Source: Macrostomum hystrix (Eukaryota; Animalia; Platyhelminthes). Taken from it: a stretch of 64,000 nucleotides of DNA. The notes beneath the pieces were generated by a model. It saw only the letters and a list, made by a program, of their open reading frames with translations. It did not search any database and was not told the DNA's origin. The stretch spans positions 124,001 through 188,000 of the forward strand of contig CATNEN010000011.1 of NCBI GenBank assembly GCA_950097015.1. Reading direction: 5' to 3'. Numbering within the stretch: the first letter of the stretch is position 1; every line of letters begins with the position of its first letter. Made by a program: the position numbers and the translations under genes. Shown here one piece after another: positions 35,815 to 48,631 of the stretch.

Positions 35815-36645
35815 TCAGTTTACCGGACGCTCAGGCGAGCTGGAGCGGGACTGGGCTGGAGTCGTCTCGGTAGGGCCCAAGATCCGAGGTTGAGGTCCGT
35901 TGGTCTTGCGAGGGAATTGACACCAGCGTCGACAGGTGCGCGTCCGCGCGCCGTAATAGAGGTGTCCGCGACAGATGACCGGACGTTGATCAGGGTGGAA
36001 GGGCTCCAGGGTCGATGTTGGCTTGGACTCTTGACGCTGCACTGACGTCTGCGGGGCTCCTGCTGCTCGCTGAACGGCGTTGACCCGGCGGCCCGTTGAC
36101 TGCTGGATGGCGAGCATGGAGTCGGCGATGGACGCAAGCTGCTCCGGCTTCTGATCTTGGAAACCGGAGAGATGGAGGCGCAACTCGGCCGGAAGGCAGC
36201 GAAGGAGGGTGGCCTTGACCATGTCGTCGTTCTCCTTTATGCCACACTGTGCCATCTTGGCTTGGAGGCGCTGGATGAAAACGCTGGGTTTGTCTCCTCC
36301 AAGATCCGAGACGTTCATTAATTCGTTGATCCTCTCTTGCTGACTCTTCTGAAGCATCTTCTCTACTGCTTTCTTCAGTGCCGTGTAATTGGCAGGGGTA
36401 TCGACAGAAAGCAGAACAGCTGCGATGTCCTCTGGTAAATGGCAGATCAGGTGGTTGAACCGTGTTGCCTCGGAGGTGATGTTCCTGAGCTGGAATTGGG
36501 CGTCCATCATGCGGAACCATGCGTCCGGATTGCTTCGGTAGAATGGTGGAATCTTGAGACTCACCGCAGATAGCGTAGGAGTCTCCTCGGCAAGCTGTTG
36601 CTGCGCACTGGCAGCGCCGTCGGTGTTTGAACTTCCTTCTGACAT
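35815..36645 (-). CDS. gag: Gag-like protein
   Basis: [16 protein letters not shown]-terminal motif, GDKPSVF, and C-terminal [12 protein letters not shown] motif. Confidence 0.88.
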   Translation of the reverse strand: MSEGSSNTDGAASAQQQLAEETPTLSAVSLKIPPFYRSNPDAWFRMMDAQFQLRNITSEATRFNHLICHLPEDIAAVLLSVDTPANYTALKKAVEKMLQKSQQERINELMNVSDLGGDKPSVFIQRLQAKMAQCGIKENDDMVKATLLRCLPAELRLHLSGFQDQKPEQLASIADSMLAIQQSTGRRVNAVQRAAGAPQTSVQRQESKPTSTLEPFHPDQRPVICRGHLYYGARTRTCRRWCQFPRKTNGPQPRILGPTETTPAQSRSSSPERPVN

Positions 36646-36649
36646 TGTG

Positions 36650-36665
36650 ACGCCTCACCGGACCA
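36650..36665 (-). promoter_or_regulatory. Putative primer-binding site TGGTCCGGTGAGGCGT
   Basis: Starts with TGG 2 nt inside the 5' LTR boundary; cognate tRNA not identified. Confidence 0.65.
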
Positions 36666-36667
36666 GT

Positions 36668-37057
36668 TGTAGAGGTGTTTAATAAATGAGGCGTAAAGGC
36701 GGTGGTTCTTTTGGTTTTTTTGATGATTATCAATGAGAGCGTGAGCTCTAAGGGTTGAAGAAAATGACGTCGATGGTGGCTCTATAGATGAAAACATGCA
36801 TTACCGGAAAATTCTAGAAGGTTGCAAGAGTTATAACAAAGCTAGTGCAATACAGTTTAAGTAACTTTAATATTGTAGCGCGTGATGATGTTATTTACAT
36901 GGATGATATTTGATTATAGCTATTATGTGTTTTACAAATCATTTGTTCATAGAGTGGAAGTTTCTAGAAAAATATTGAAAATTCAATTTGTAGTTTTACG
37001 GCGAATTTTCTGGAATGGCAAGTACGGTACGATGGAAGGTCATGCTGAGACGCTACA
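36668..37057 (-). repeat. 5' LTR
   Basis: Direct repeat of 32483-32872. Confidence 0.96.
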
Positions 37058-37849
37058 GTAGATACGAATACAAAAATAGTTAGTCAAAAGCTATCTAGTG
37101 GCTAGTATATGCCAATCTATAGGCTAATTTAGGTCTGATTTCTAGTTATCATGCTTGATGATAAATACAAGCGAAAACAAAAATAAAATGAAGATAATTT
37201 TTTCATAAATCTTATTTCTAATTTTTCCTTAAAGCAACATATGTTTTGCAAGATATACTAAAAGCACAGCATAGGATCTGCTTCCTATAAAAAGTTATAA
37301 GCATTGAAATGTGAAAAAAGGGAAAGGATTCAATTTTTATTTAGTTTTTCTTTCTTGCATTTGTCCTAAAAAATCTGCCTTCACGAAATTTTCCAAGAAA
37401 CGAAGTGTCTCGTCCTTCTTCTTGCTGTCCTCGACCAGTCGTTTACAAACGTTTGCTAACGCGAAGTCAGAATTGAAAGTCAGAATGGCTCTACTGTCAT
37501 TGGCTGTAGTAGTCGGCCAATAGCATTTCTCTGTTAGATCTTGCTTTAACCAAGCTTGTTAATATCAGTGCCCACACAACAATCCAAGCAGAACTTAGAG
37601 ACATGAGCTTTAAAGAGATTTTAGCTGCATACATAAACAGACTGTGCGAGACCAATGGATAACTTAACTTCCGCGATGTCAATCAAAGAAAAAAATGAAA
37701 CAAGCCTGATACATGTGAGTTCTTTGAAGCGACTTCTTATCTTAATGATATGGTATTCTGAAAAAATGTCTTGATTTGTATCTTGACATCAAAAAGGCCT
37801 TCAATCCTGTCAGTTATTTTAGGCCTAATCCTTTAACATTACTAATATA

Positions 37850-39221
37850 CTTCGGGTGTCCGGAAAGTCATGAGAATGTGTTATTCTAACTACTTAGACA
37901 CAAACTATTGACAAGATACTGTACCATTCTAACACTTGACTTAATATATGTCTATGGCTGAAAGAGCTAGATTCTAGCTTCAAATTTGGGGGTAAGGCTG
38001 ATGGTTATAACTTAGAAGTCTAGGCCACTGCAACGCAGAGGCAAAGCAAATATCTATCGTTACTTTTTTCTTCATTGATCCTTGCTGCTGCTTTGAGATG
38101 GACGAGTTTCAAGCTTATGCTTATACCAGGTATAAGCTTGGTATATCTGCTCCTGATTGCCATGGAGAACTGCTGAAAGTGCATGGAGATGTGGCGCCTG
38201 GTCTGTCGTCAGTGTACCGATGGTACACAAGGTTCCGTGACGAGTCGTACCCACTGGCCCAAGCTGCCCGTACTGGCCGGCCGAGATCGACGAGAACACC
38301 AGAGCTGATCGAGACCTGCAGAAATCTCGTGAAAGAAGACCCAAAAGTGAGCGTCAGAGATCTTGCTGACTTCATGGAGGTTGGGAAATCAACAGTGCAT
38401 GAAATATTGACTGAAGACCTGCAACTTCGCAATGTGTCTGCCGTGTGGGTCCCGCATGTTCTCTCCGAGGAGAACAAGGTTGCTCGCGTCAATTGTGCCA
38501 AGCAAATACGTCGGATTTTTCATACCGAGGGCATGACCAGCTTCTGCAACAAGTACGTGGTGGAGGACGAGGCGTGGGTGTACCTTAAAAACACTGGTAA
38601 ACGGCAGAACAACCGGTGCTGGCTGGATCAAGGCGACCATCGACCTCAAGTTGTGAGACACTCAGTCGGGGACCCAAAGACAATGCTGGTAGTCGCTTTC
38701 ACCCCAAGCAAGCGATTCTCTATCATGTCAACGGCGCCAAAGCAGACTGTTGATGCCAATCGCATCGTTGAATTCGTTCGACACACAGGTGACCTATGGC
38801 GGAGCCTCAGATCACAGCCAATTCATCTGTCCGAAGTCTTGTGGCAGTGGGACAACGCACGACCTCGTGTGGCCCAGCCTGTGCAGCAGTACATGGAGAC
38901 TCGTGGAGTTCAACTGCTTTTTCAGAGTCCCTTCAGCCCTGATTTCAATTTATGCGACCGTTTTTTCCTTAATTGGCTAAAATCGGACTTCTCGAAGCGG
39001 GAGTTCAGCAGCCACGATGAGGTCCGCGAGGCCGCGTTGCAGTGGGCGAGGGGTCTGGATGCAAACTGCTTGAAACGCGAGGTTCTACGGCTCGTGGAGC
39101 ACTGCCAAGCTGTGATTGACTTCAGGGGAAATTACATTACTGATTAGTAAAGTTTCACTGTTCTGTGCGTTTTTATAATTAACCTTTTGTAGTTTTCTCA
39201 TGACTTTCCGGACACCCGGAA
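37850..39221 (+). mobile_element. mariner (Tc1/mariner) DNA transposon, 1372 bp
   Basis: About 29-bp TIR (..CGGGTGTCCGGAAAGTCATGAGAA) flanked by TA on both sides. Confidence 0.92.
38098..39147 (+). CDS. mariner transposase, DD34D, intact 349 aa
   Basis: HTH, WVPHVL, EDEAW, DNARP and FSPDFNLCD, with 34 residues between the second and third Asp. Confidence 0.92.
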   Translation: MDEFQAYAYTRYKLGISAPDCHGELLKVHGDVAPGLSSVYRWYTRFRDESYPLAQAARTGRPRSTRTPELIETCRNLVKEDPKVSVRDLADFMEVGKSTVHEILTEDLQLRNVSAVWVPHVLSEENKVARVNCAKQIRRIFHTEGMTSFCNKYVVEDEAWVYLKNTGKRQNNRCWLDQGDHRPQVVRHSVGDPKTMLVVAFTPSKRFSIMSTAPKQTVDANRIVEFVRHTGDLWRSLRSQPIHLSEVLWQWDNARPRVAQPVQQYMETRGVQLLFQSPFSPDFNLCDRFFLNWLKSDFSKREFSSHDEVREAALQWARGLDANCLKREVLRLVEHCQAVIDFRGNYITD

Positions 39222-39599
39222 TAAAACTTTATTAGTTCGACTATAAAAGTGTGAATAACGAAGGACGAATTTTTTCTTCAAATGGGGACCTCTAGTGATC
39301 TGTGCCCTCTCATATGTGCGTGTACGCTCTATGCATTCGATAATGTGCTCAGCCGCACGTTGCCGGCGTCCAGCTAACTCGTATATTGCGCTCAGACCCA
39401 AATTCAGTCCACACGAAGGGGAAAAGTTGCTCGGCCAGTCTTGTCGTTGCAGCGAAAATCGAAGACAAGAAGCGGCTGCGACAGTTTCTCCTTTACACGG
39501 CTGCAGACGGTCTGACTGTGCCAAACGAAATAGACGTGGACACTCGTTAAAGCTCTGGACGAAAACTTCGTCGACAAGCTGAACCTACCCTTGCCGCAT

Positions 39600-41560
39600 T
39601 ATCAGTTCAGACTCTGCACGCCGCCTCCGGAGGGCCTCCGGACGAGTGTATCCTTCGAATACGGATGGCTTTCGATTGCTGTGGCATCGGAGGTCTTCGC
39701 GATTCGCTTATTCGCCACAAGCTCGTTTCTGGCTGCAGCTCAGAGCAGCTCTTCCGGAAGCTGCTACCCATGGAAAACGTGAGCCCTAAACAGGCGATTT
39801 GCTTTGCCCGAGTCATGGAGGCTGCGGAAATCCAGGCGGCCCTACGAGGCCTACGAGGCAGCAGTGCAGTGAATTTGATGTAAACAGTCACGTCTGTCGG
39901 CATTGTCAGTACAGCAGCAAGCTGAAAAGTCGCTGGGGCTGTCCAAGCAACAGGAGGCCCCTTTATTGCATCCGATGCGGAGCCACGGGTGATTGCACGT
40001 GCAACGCAGCTCAACCACCTGGCGAGGGCATGCCTCTCCCGCCCACACAAGGACTTCCGGGCCCTGCAGACTGACAGCGACAGCGCAGCAACCTAGGACG
40101 GCATCTTCTGCCTCTCAGTGGCAGCTACTGGCATTGCGACAGCCGATGCTCAGGCGACAGTGTTGATTAGCCCTACGACTGAATCGGTCATCGTGGACAG
40201 TGGGGCCGACTGCAACATCCTGACCGAGAAGGCCTGGTGAATGCTTCCAGTGCAACCGCAGCTGCAGCAGCAGCTGCAGGACAAAGCTGAGTTCGCTTTC
40301 CACTCCTCCAAGGCGCTCGTCACGGTTGACTAGCGTAGCAAGACAGTCCGCTTCGTCGAACCGGGCGACTGCATCAGCATCGTCGGTCGGGTTGCCTCCA
40401 TGTCGTTGCCATGTCTTGAGTCTGGAGCCGCAGGTCCGAGCGATTGCGTCCATCGAGGCAGAGAACCCGGCGATCCATGCGATATCGAAGCATTTCCCAG
40501 AATTATTCAATAGCATTGGAAAATTTTAAGACGCCTCTGTTCAGATCAAGATTAAGCAGATCAAGACTTTACTACACCTGTGTCAGCCGAATCAATGCCG
40601 TAATGCCGAAGGAGCGTTTGAATCACTAAGGATCTGCTTGACGTCAACAAAGCAGCCCTGAGAGAGAGAAATCATATCCCGACCTTCGAGGAGGCGACCA
40701 GCTACATGGCCAGGTCGACGATCTTCACGAAACTGAGCTTCATGAATTAATCCAGATCAGCAAAGACAGCCGCAAGTACTTCGTGTTCTAGAGCCCCCCG
40801 AGGCCTGCGGCAGTTGACTGGCCTTAGCATGGGATTTGCATCGGCCTTGGGGTTCCTGCAGAGCGTGATGCAGACGGTGCTGGCAGGCCTGGCGGGCGTT
40901 AAGCGCATCCACGACATCATCATCCATAGCCAGGACCGAGCAACTAACTAGGGCACGTCGCTGCCGGTCTGCCACGGCATTACCCTTAACTCCAGTAAGT
41001 GCCGCTGGGGCATCACGAGGGCCAAGTTCATTGCCATGATGCTGTCTAAGTTTGGAATCCAGCCGTCCAGCGAGAAAATCGCCGAGCTGCAGACCCCAGT
41101 CTGTCAAAGAGGTCCAATTGTTCCTGGGCCTGACCAACCACCTGGAGAAATTCATGCTGCAGCTCGCCGACAAAGCCAAGCCGCTCTGGCACGGAAAGGC
41201 CAGGAGTTCTTCTGGCACAAGTTTGACGTACAATCTGGGACATCTGGCTCTGATATCGAAAGGCTACACCCTGGTATTCTCGACAATCGGCTGCCCACCG
41301 AGCTCGTCGTCGACGGGTCACCCGTGGGGTTTGCGCCATCCTGCAGCAACGGCACTCCGGCGGGCTAGTCCGCCCGGTGGCCTTTGCGAACATCCAGCCG
41401 GTCGAGCTGTTTAAATTCACTGGAATTCCATTAAAGTCTAGTGTCGACGCCGCACATTGAGCGACATCGAGCGCCGCTACAGCCAGATCATGAATGAGGC
41501 CCTGCGCGTCAAGTTCGGCTGCCAGAAGTTCGCCCTCAACCTGGAGGGCTGTTCACATTT
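39600..41560 (+). pseudogene. Decayed Ty3/gypsy gag-pol (second family)
   Basis: LRDSLIRHKLVSG (gag), IVDSGADCNIL (protease), IHDIIIHS (RT), PQSVKEVQLFLGLTN, VDGSPVG and ERRYSQI (RNaseH); many stops and frameshifts; LTRs not found. Confidence 0.8.
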
Positions 41561-44500
41561 ATAGCGTCTATAGACATATTGACATTTATACCGACCACAA
41601 TCGCTGCTTGACATCTACTTGGTAGACACCTGTCCGCCACTCCCGTCCCATCCGTCCCGTCCTATCCCACCTATACAATTGCTTTTTCATACAATAGCTT
41701 ATCCAACTCCGTGATCTGACTAGGGCTACAGCACCAAAGCATACTAATTAGGGCGTAGAAGCGAATCCGGCGCAATAAACCGTTTGAACAGTTTCATGTG
41801 AAGCACTGTGTGCGCTTTTTTGGCTGGCTTTGTTGGCTTTGGAGTCAAGAAAATGTTTTATGAGATCATTGAGGCTCGCATTTTTCCAACTCCTATATTT
41901 CGGATGTTAAATTCTGATGCAGGCTCTTCGCTAAACTAACAATATGGAGCGTTCAAATGTATTTAATTACCGAGAAGCCAAGACAGCATTTTTGATGGCT
42001 AATGATCTCAGGGCTTCATTGCTTTATTTCATCATTTATGGAAGTCCTATTTTTTACATGTATCCTTATTCATTCTCACTCGTCCATTTTTATCATCAGG
42101 CTCTGTCAAAATATTCCAATTTAAATTAAATTAAATTCAATTCTAAATTATTTCTTTTTGAGTAAAAAGTTTGTCTGAATAAAGTAAAAAATAGAGTAGA
42201 TATATCTTAACTCTAAAGAAAAACTTCGCTTTGCTTAACGTTGAACATTTTAGATTTTAGAAACAGTGTAGATTTGCTGCTGTTTACCGATCGGTTTTTA
42301 TTTCTATCTCTTGTTTTTCAAAAATTATGAAAATTTTTACTTAAGTACGAGCTATTATTGCGCGCGCAGAAGTGTCAGCCATCATCAGCTCCGCACAAGC
42401 CATGCGGCTGTCCTGTCCTGATAGCCTAACGCTCAAGAATTGAAGCGGGCGAGCTCAGCCTGCGCTGTACCGCCTTAGGTTCGAATCGTCTTCGCATTTA
42501 AGCATTAAGCATTAAGCACTTAGGCAGTTAAGATTCTAACTAAGCACGTTGGGCGGCTTGAAAATGACAACAGCCCAGTAGAACATACGTAGACCCTCAT
42601 TCTTCTGCTTGATGGTTTTTTGTAGGTCCCAGTTTACTTATCTTATTTGTAATCTACTTTCGCCTTTCGAGTTATCACGTTTTTTTACAAGTCTTATTTG
42701 ACTGTCCCAAAGCGACTTGCAATTAACGCTTCTCTATCCTTTATATTTTTCTAACAATCTTGGAGTCTACATGTCCTACACAACACAACAAAAAAACACA
42801 TCGCAATAAGGGAAAACAGAAAAGAAGAAAGAAAACAGAAGGATCAACTAAAATATAAGGAAAAGTGACACATAAGGTCATAGGAGGGCACGTTCAGAAG
42901 GGCATGTTCTGAGCAGCTGCCAGCTTCCTGAAGCTCTCAATCGCACTCGCCCACGTTTGGTGTTCACTGATCCAGGCATCTGCAAGCAGGCCTTCCATGT
43001 AGCACCGTGTTCTCCCCTGCCATCGGTTCAACCGGCCCTGCAAAGTGAGGAGCAAAACATCTTGCACATGTCGTAAGATACGTCTGAATCCATCATAAAG
43101 GCGTGCAGCTTAAATAGAGACGGATTACACTATAGTGACATGTACTGCTCTATATATCTTGGCTTGACTTGACTTAGCTCAAAAACATGCATGTATCGTT
43201 TCGGTATGGTGCAATAACTTTTGGGGCCACAGGCATTTCGAATGGTAGACATTTAAAGCTACCCAGCAGAATTGGAAAAGCCGTTCTCAAGACCATTTGA
43301 ATTACAAAAACTCTCCTGTTTGAGCAGCGGCTCATGCAACATGTTGCGCAGAGCATAAATTTTCGTTTACTTATTAAGAGCGCTTAACTTTACCACTAAG
43401 GGATTATACGAGCATATATAGGTAATTTAACCGATTGCCCCAGAGTGCATGTGTGGAGCTGGACTGAGCAATAGTGGAGGGGTAGCTTGTTTAACCTATT
43501 GTGATTAACTGCAAGAAAATGGGCTTCTCTGATCTGGCTCTTTCTCTTGCTCTTCACTTATGAGTCCTCCGCTAAATATACATGCACGTGCAGCTCTTGT
43601 AACTCCGGTCACTCAATCACAATAGTCAACGCAAACTCTGAGACACCCCTTCTTTACAGGCAAAGACAAAATTACTCGAAAAAAACCTGTAACGGTTTGT
43701 ACAGATCATTCTTTTGTTTAATACTGCACTAATGAGCCTCATATGTATTAATAATTCAAATGGTTTCCCTGCTTTTAGGAAAGTGCGCCTTTCTCTGAAA
43801 GTCCTTTTGAAAGAAATATTTTATCTGACTGAAACAACAGACGCAGTTTTCTTATCGAGCGTGCTTTAGAATATCGCTGATCAGCTTATTTTCAGAACTA
43901 ATATTCGATCAGGAAATCGATTTTCGCATATTTCTACGAGCGTAATCCTCAACTGCACATTGCGGCTCACGTTGAAGCCGTTCGTTGAATCCGAGAGAAT
44001 AATGCCTAAGTCTTGAATTCCCAAATTCAGTTTACCTCTCATCGATCAATTTAAAAAATGTAAAGCAAATGATACAAAATAAATTTTAATCCCTTAGATC
44101 GTATGTTTCATGCTTTTTTCGACCTAGACCGAAATATCATGTGTTTTGATCATGGGACGATCGATAACATTTAAGTGTTAAGACGTTCTTCACAACAAGA
44201 AGGTGTTAGGCTTTCTGAGAATACCAAGGTACGCGGACCGCTTGTGGCCTACAAGGCAACGCGTTGTACTATAGTTTGTTTATATAACTTCCGAGTTTCA
44301 CCAATTAGGTGGGCTGCAAGGCACGTTATAAGAAGTTGTTCGGATTACTCCTTTGGCACATAACCCACTCAGACCAAAATCCTGTGCGTTCTCCCAGATG
44401 GCTCGTTGGATTGATTGCCATCGTCTTATTACCAGAAGCGCCCGACCTATATGCTGGGAATACATGCCCACGCTCATTTCCCTCGATACCAGCTTTTTTG

Positions 44501-45065
44501 GACGACGGTTTGGAACTCAACTGAGTAGTATTCTCTCACATGCCCGCAATAGCATACGTTCATACGCTTAGGGCCTGCTTTATCGTTCAATCCACTCCGT
44601 CCCCAATTTTAGAGTTCAGTAATTTCACTTCTTATATTTGTGATTAGCTGAGTTCGAGCGAATTCTCCATTCGTTCAAATTCTCGGAATAGAATAAACTT
44701 CATAAGATAAGATAGTATAGGATAGGATCGAAGGAAGTGCTCGAATATATGCATCATACTAGAGCAGTCTCGGACTATTTTTCTCATTTTTTCTATTCCT
44801 AACTGATCGCTACGTGCCTGCCGCAAGTTGGTCCGTCCTGAAGAGAGTTGCGTGCCGAATGGGCAAGGAAAATCGAGAGTGGGTCAAGTAGTGTAGAGAG
44901 CAGCTTGTGAGCTGAACTTGGTTGTGTGATAATTGAACTGGACCTCGCCTAAGGACACTGGTTCATCTTACATGGACATGTACAAGCGTAGTTTCATTAA
45001 GGCTTTGATATAAGAAATCAGCTTTGGTGGGAAGACTTCACTATTCTACGAGTAATATAAAATTC

Positions 45066-46460
45066 TGCTTCTGCCGCGCCCCGCGAGTGGACAACCGCGC
45101 ACATCGTAGCGATTCCGAAGAAGCCAGGCACGAAACGGAAGGAGGAGCACAGGGGGATCTCGCTTATGTCCTGTGCCGCGAAGCTGTTCAACCGCGAGCT
45201 GCTAGCTCCGTTACATCCCGTGCTGGACCAGTTTTTGCGCCCTGAGCAGAACGGGTTCCGCCCACATCGCGGGACAGTGGCACATATCCTTGCCCTTCGC
45301 CGCATCATCGAGGAGGCGCGTATCCATCAGTCAAGTCTCATGGTAATATTTATTGATTTCATCAAGGCCTTCGACTCGTTGGCTCACGGCGCGCTGCCTC
45401 TCGTGCTTCGTGCGTACAATGTACCGGAGCAACTGATTTCCGCCCTCATGGCTATGTACCAGGATACGACCGCTTCGTTGATGACGCCAGATGGACTGCC
45501 AGACCAATTCAGCACGTAGTCAGGCTGCTGCAGGGTGACACTCTGGCGCGTTTCCAGTTTTTCCTGGCACTGGACTGGGTGCTGAGGACCGGCCTGCCCA
45601 ACCCGGATAACGCTTTCTGCTGAGAAGGCGCACGAGTCGGCGGCACCCGGAGAAGCGTTCCGTTCTTTGCTACGCGAATGACCTCGCGCTGCAGTCATCG
45701 ACGGCCGAAGCCGCTCATAGCTGCTGGATAGCCTGACGGCTGCAGCATCGCGGGTCGGCCTCATGCTGAACGCGCTGAAGACAGTCGTCTTCTCGGTGCC
45801 TCTGACTTGCCTGCCGAGATCAACTATTGAGACGCTGCCGGGGTAGCAATCAGGCTTACCCGCTGCCAGCGGTTCTTGTATCTCGGTGGAATCGTGCGGA
45901 CGCTGCCGACGACCTGGTGATGCGACGAGGACTGGACTGCGCCGCGTTTACCTCTGTGCGCTCTGTGCTCCGATCTGAGGTTGGACGACAGGCTCAGGGC
46001 TCGGCTATTTCAGGCAGTCGTTGAGACTGTCTCGCTGTATAATGCCGAGACCTGGACCCTGACGGACATCTAGGAGAGGCAGCTGGACGCTGCGCATGCG
46101 GTTATGCTGCGTGCGGTGTTTGGGGACCGCAGCGACCCTGGCAGCGAGACCAATTCCGCGCTCTACGAAAGGGCGCGCCTGACGCGCCTTGTGACCTGCT
46201 GCGCAGGCGGCGACTTCGACTGGCTGGCCACGTCATCCGGTAGGAGGCCCGCTGCCCTGAGCCGCTACACGACGTGCTGCTGCTCAAGCTGCAGGGACCG
46301 CGCAGGCGAGGCCAAGGGCGAACGGCGAGATTTCCTAACCGGCTTCTGAGTGATGCTGGCGCCGTGGACCAAGCTAGCGGGTGACCTTTGAGGTCGTTGG
46401 CCCAGAAACACGCTATCTCAGCTTCCTCCCCCTTTCTGGCCACTGATGGCTGGCGGGAAC
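45066..46460 (+). mobile_element. 5'-truncated, decayed RTE-clade non-LTR retrotransposon
   Basis: PREWTTAHIVAIPKK, RGISLMS, EQNGFRP, FIDFIKAFDS, LQGDTLA and LYNAETWTL; (TTG)n-like tail near 46450. Confidence 0.85.
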
Positions 46461-47581
46461 AGTTATTTGTTGTTGTTCTTTTCGCAGTGGAAAACCGATA
46501 ACTTGCTTTGTTGAGTTTTCAAGAAAAGATCGACTTAGCTTAAAAGAAAAGAGCTTTGTTTCGCTAAATGTCAGATTTCCTAGTATACACAAAATTGTTT
46601 AAATCAAGCTTTGCTATCTGCTTGTATGCCATTGTGTTGGGTGAATATGAGATGAAGTGATCGAATGAACACTCTTAACGTCAATGCTGTGTTCCATACT
46701 AGCTGACAGCAGTGTTTTAAGATACAGTAAGAAATTTGTCTTATCGGAAAGAAGCCTGTGATCAAGTGTACCTGATAATTTTGATTTAAAGAGGAGAGTC
46801 GTTAGCGCCTTTAGAGTCACATTTTGTAAAAATGAGTAAATCAAGTCAATTGTGCTGCGTGGCCTTGCGAATGACATGCCAGTTCTACCTACTTGCCTAG
46901 TATACTTACCCTACTGACCTCTTTAGCCAACAATGATAAGAACGCACATTATTTCAGAGGTATATTTCAAAGATTTATATACGACAAATCTGCTGAGCAT
47001 TCTTACGTGAATGTCACACAAAACCACTGGCTCATGTGTTTAACTTTTTAGTTTTTACTGCCAATTTTTTTACCTTGCTTTTACGGTTAATTCACACTTC
47101 TTAGAGCTTAGATTACGCTCTCCGACCATTAATAAAGTTAACTTTTAGATATATAATTTAAATATAACAGAAGCCAACGAAAAGTAATCGTGGCTCAAAC
47201 GAGATACCTGTTGACAAGTGCCATTTATGCTTGTAACAATACTTTTAATAATGAAGATAAATGGCTAATATACGAGCGTACGAGTCGAACGAGTTTTATA
47301 CTCGTAGAATACATTGATAAGATAGTAAAGGATATACTCGCATTAGAATAGAGACGTCTTCCTTGCAAATGTTCTTGCCTTACCAAAATGCTGAAGTACG
47401 AGTAACTGGTAATATTTGCATCCTAAAAAGAAGACAATAGCTTTTCGTGTTCAGCCTCGTTAATATTTTATATCGTTGTATTAATAAATTAAATCAATGG
47501 TAGAAGCTATAGCGAACGTACTTTTTTCTATGGAACTTTATACCCTTCTTCAAGTAAAGAAAGCAGTCAAAGGGCCTGGAT

Positions 47582-47674
47582 ATGTTTCAATCAAGGGAAA
47601 TCAAGTTAGCAATAGCAGTCAGATTTATCACAGCTTCCAAGCGTGTAGAAATTTTCACACCGCATCGGGAGCAG
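47582..47674 (+). CDS. Candidate N-terminal exon of the GPCR (MFQS...TPHREQ)
   Basis: Phase-0 CAG|GT donor; REQ|L resembles the TEQL motif before TM1 in NPS/CCAP receptors. The start is uncertain (possible internal acceptor). Confidence 0.45.
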
Positions 47675-48495
47675 GTACTTATGAGAATTTATGTTCGGCG
47701 AATTCTCATCGGTGGGAAGCGGTTGGACAGGTAGTGGGAATGCTTGAGATTTGAAACCAGAGCAAGCCGCAAGTCAACACAAGTACATGATCTTATTCAG
47801 ATGCTATAGGATTGAAAATTCCATTGCCAAGGTCCTAGACAAGGTTCAGAATACTGAGCCAGATATGCGCTTGTTGCGAATGCACTCAAAACGACATTTA
47901 TAATTCAATTTAGCAACAAAGTATATTATTGACATGGCACTGGCATTGTGAATTAAAGTTGGTCTTGAGAGCGATGGTTTAGGTGACGGTAAATAAGCTC
48001 CAGTAAAAGCTCTAGGCCTTGAACAGTTTATTTATTGCGCTAACAGGGGGCATAAACCGATAAGGGAGGGGTGGGTCTTGACAGGGGTACAGCTGAGTGC
48101 GCATAGCTGACAATAACAAGATAGAGTGGGGCGATCGATAAGTTACTACGTGTATATTAATTGAACGGAGTGGTGAGCGCATCAAAGCCGCGATGCGAAA
48201 TAGATAAAGACTAAGGGTAAAATTACTGGACAGTAGCACTTTCCGCGACAGGCATACTATTAATGGGGGTAATGAGATGATGAAAGAAGTGAGGATACGC
48301 TATCAAGCCGGCTTTAGGTATAAGAAAATGCTAATAAATTAAAATTAATGGAAGAGAGCAACGCAAAGATATGCAAATCAGCAGAGAGCTGCAATATAAA
48401 TTTGTAATATGGAAAGTAAAAAAAGTTGTTAAAAATGATAAGGTCAAAATTACGAAATGAATCTGCATACTTGCCTCTCACTTACCTCACTGTAG

Positions 48496-48631
48496 CTGGA
48501 TCACATTGTGTACTTCTCATTGTCGATCAACCTCGTGACCATTGTGGCGGGCAACATCGCGCTCCTGGCATTCGTAAGCGCACGTCCAAAGTCACGCATG
48601 ACCTACTACATCTGCAACCTGGGCGTGGCTG
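48496..48631 (+). CDS. Class A GPCR exon, TM1-TM2 (GN...KSRMTYYICNLGVA)
   Basis: TGTAG acceptor, GTAAG donor, 136 nt. Confidence 0.9.

Larger units (their letters stand above)
32483..37057 (-). mobile_element. Ty3/gypsy LTR retrotransposon, 4575 bp, recent insertion
   Basis: Two 390-bp LTRs (TGTAG...CTACA) differing at 2 positions; 4-bp TSD GTAG; PBS-like and PPT-like motifs; gag and pol ORFs. Confidence 0.96.

Noticed and set aside
33105-35893. Many antisense and alternate-frame ORFs over gypsy pol (likewise over the other transposases)
   Set aside because: Expected shadow ORFs of GC-rich coding sequence.
37311-37700. Short ORFs between the gypsy and mariner elements
   Set aside because: Fragmentary, with no recognisable motif or splice support.
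44309-44571. Alternative N-terminal exon of the GPCR
   Set aside because: No suitable phase-0 donor and no receptor-like features; the 47582-47674 candidate fits better.
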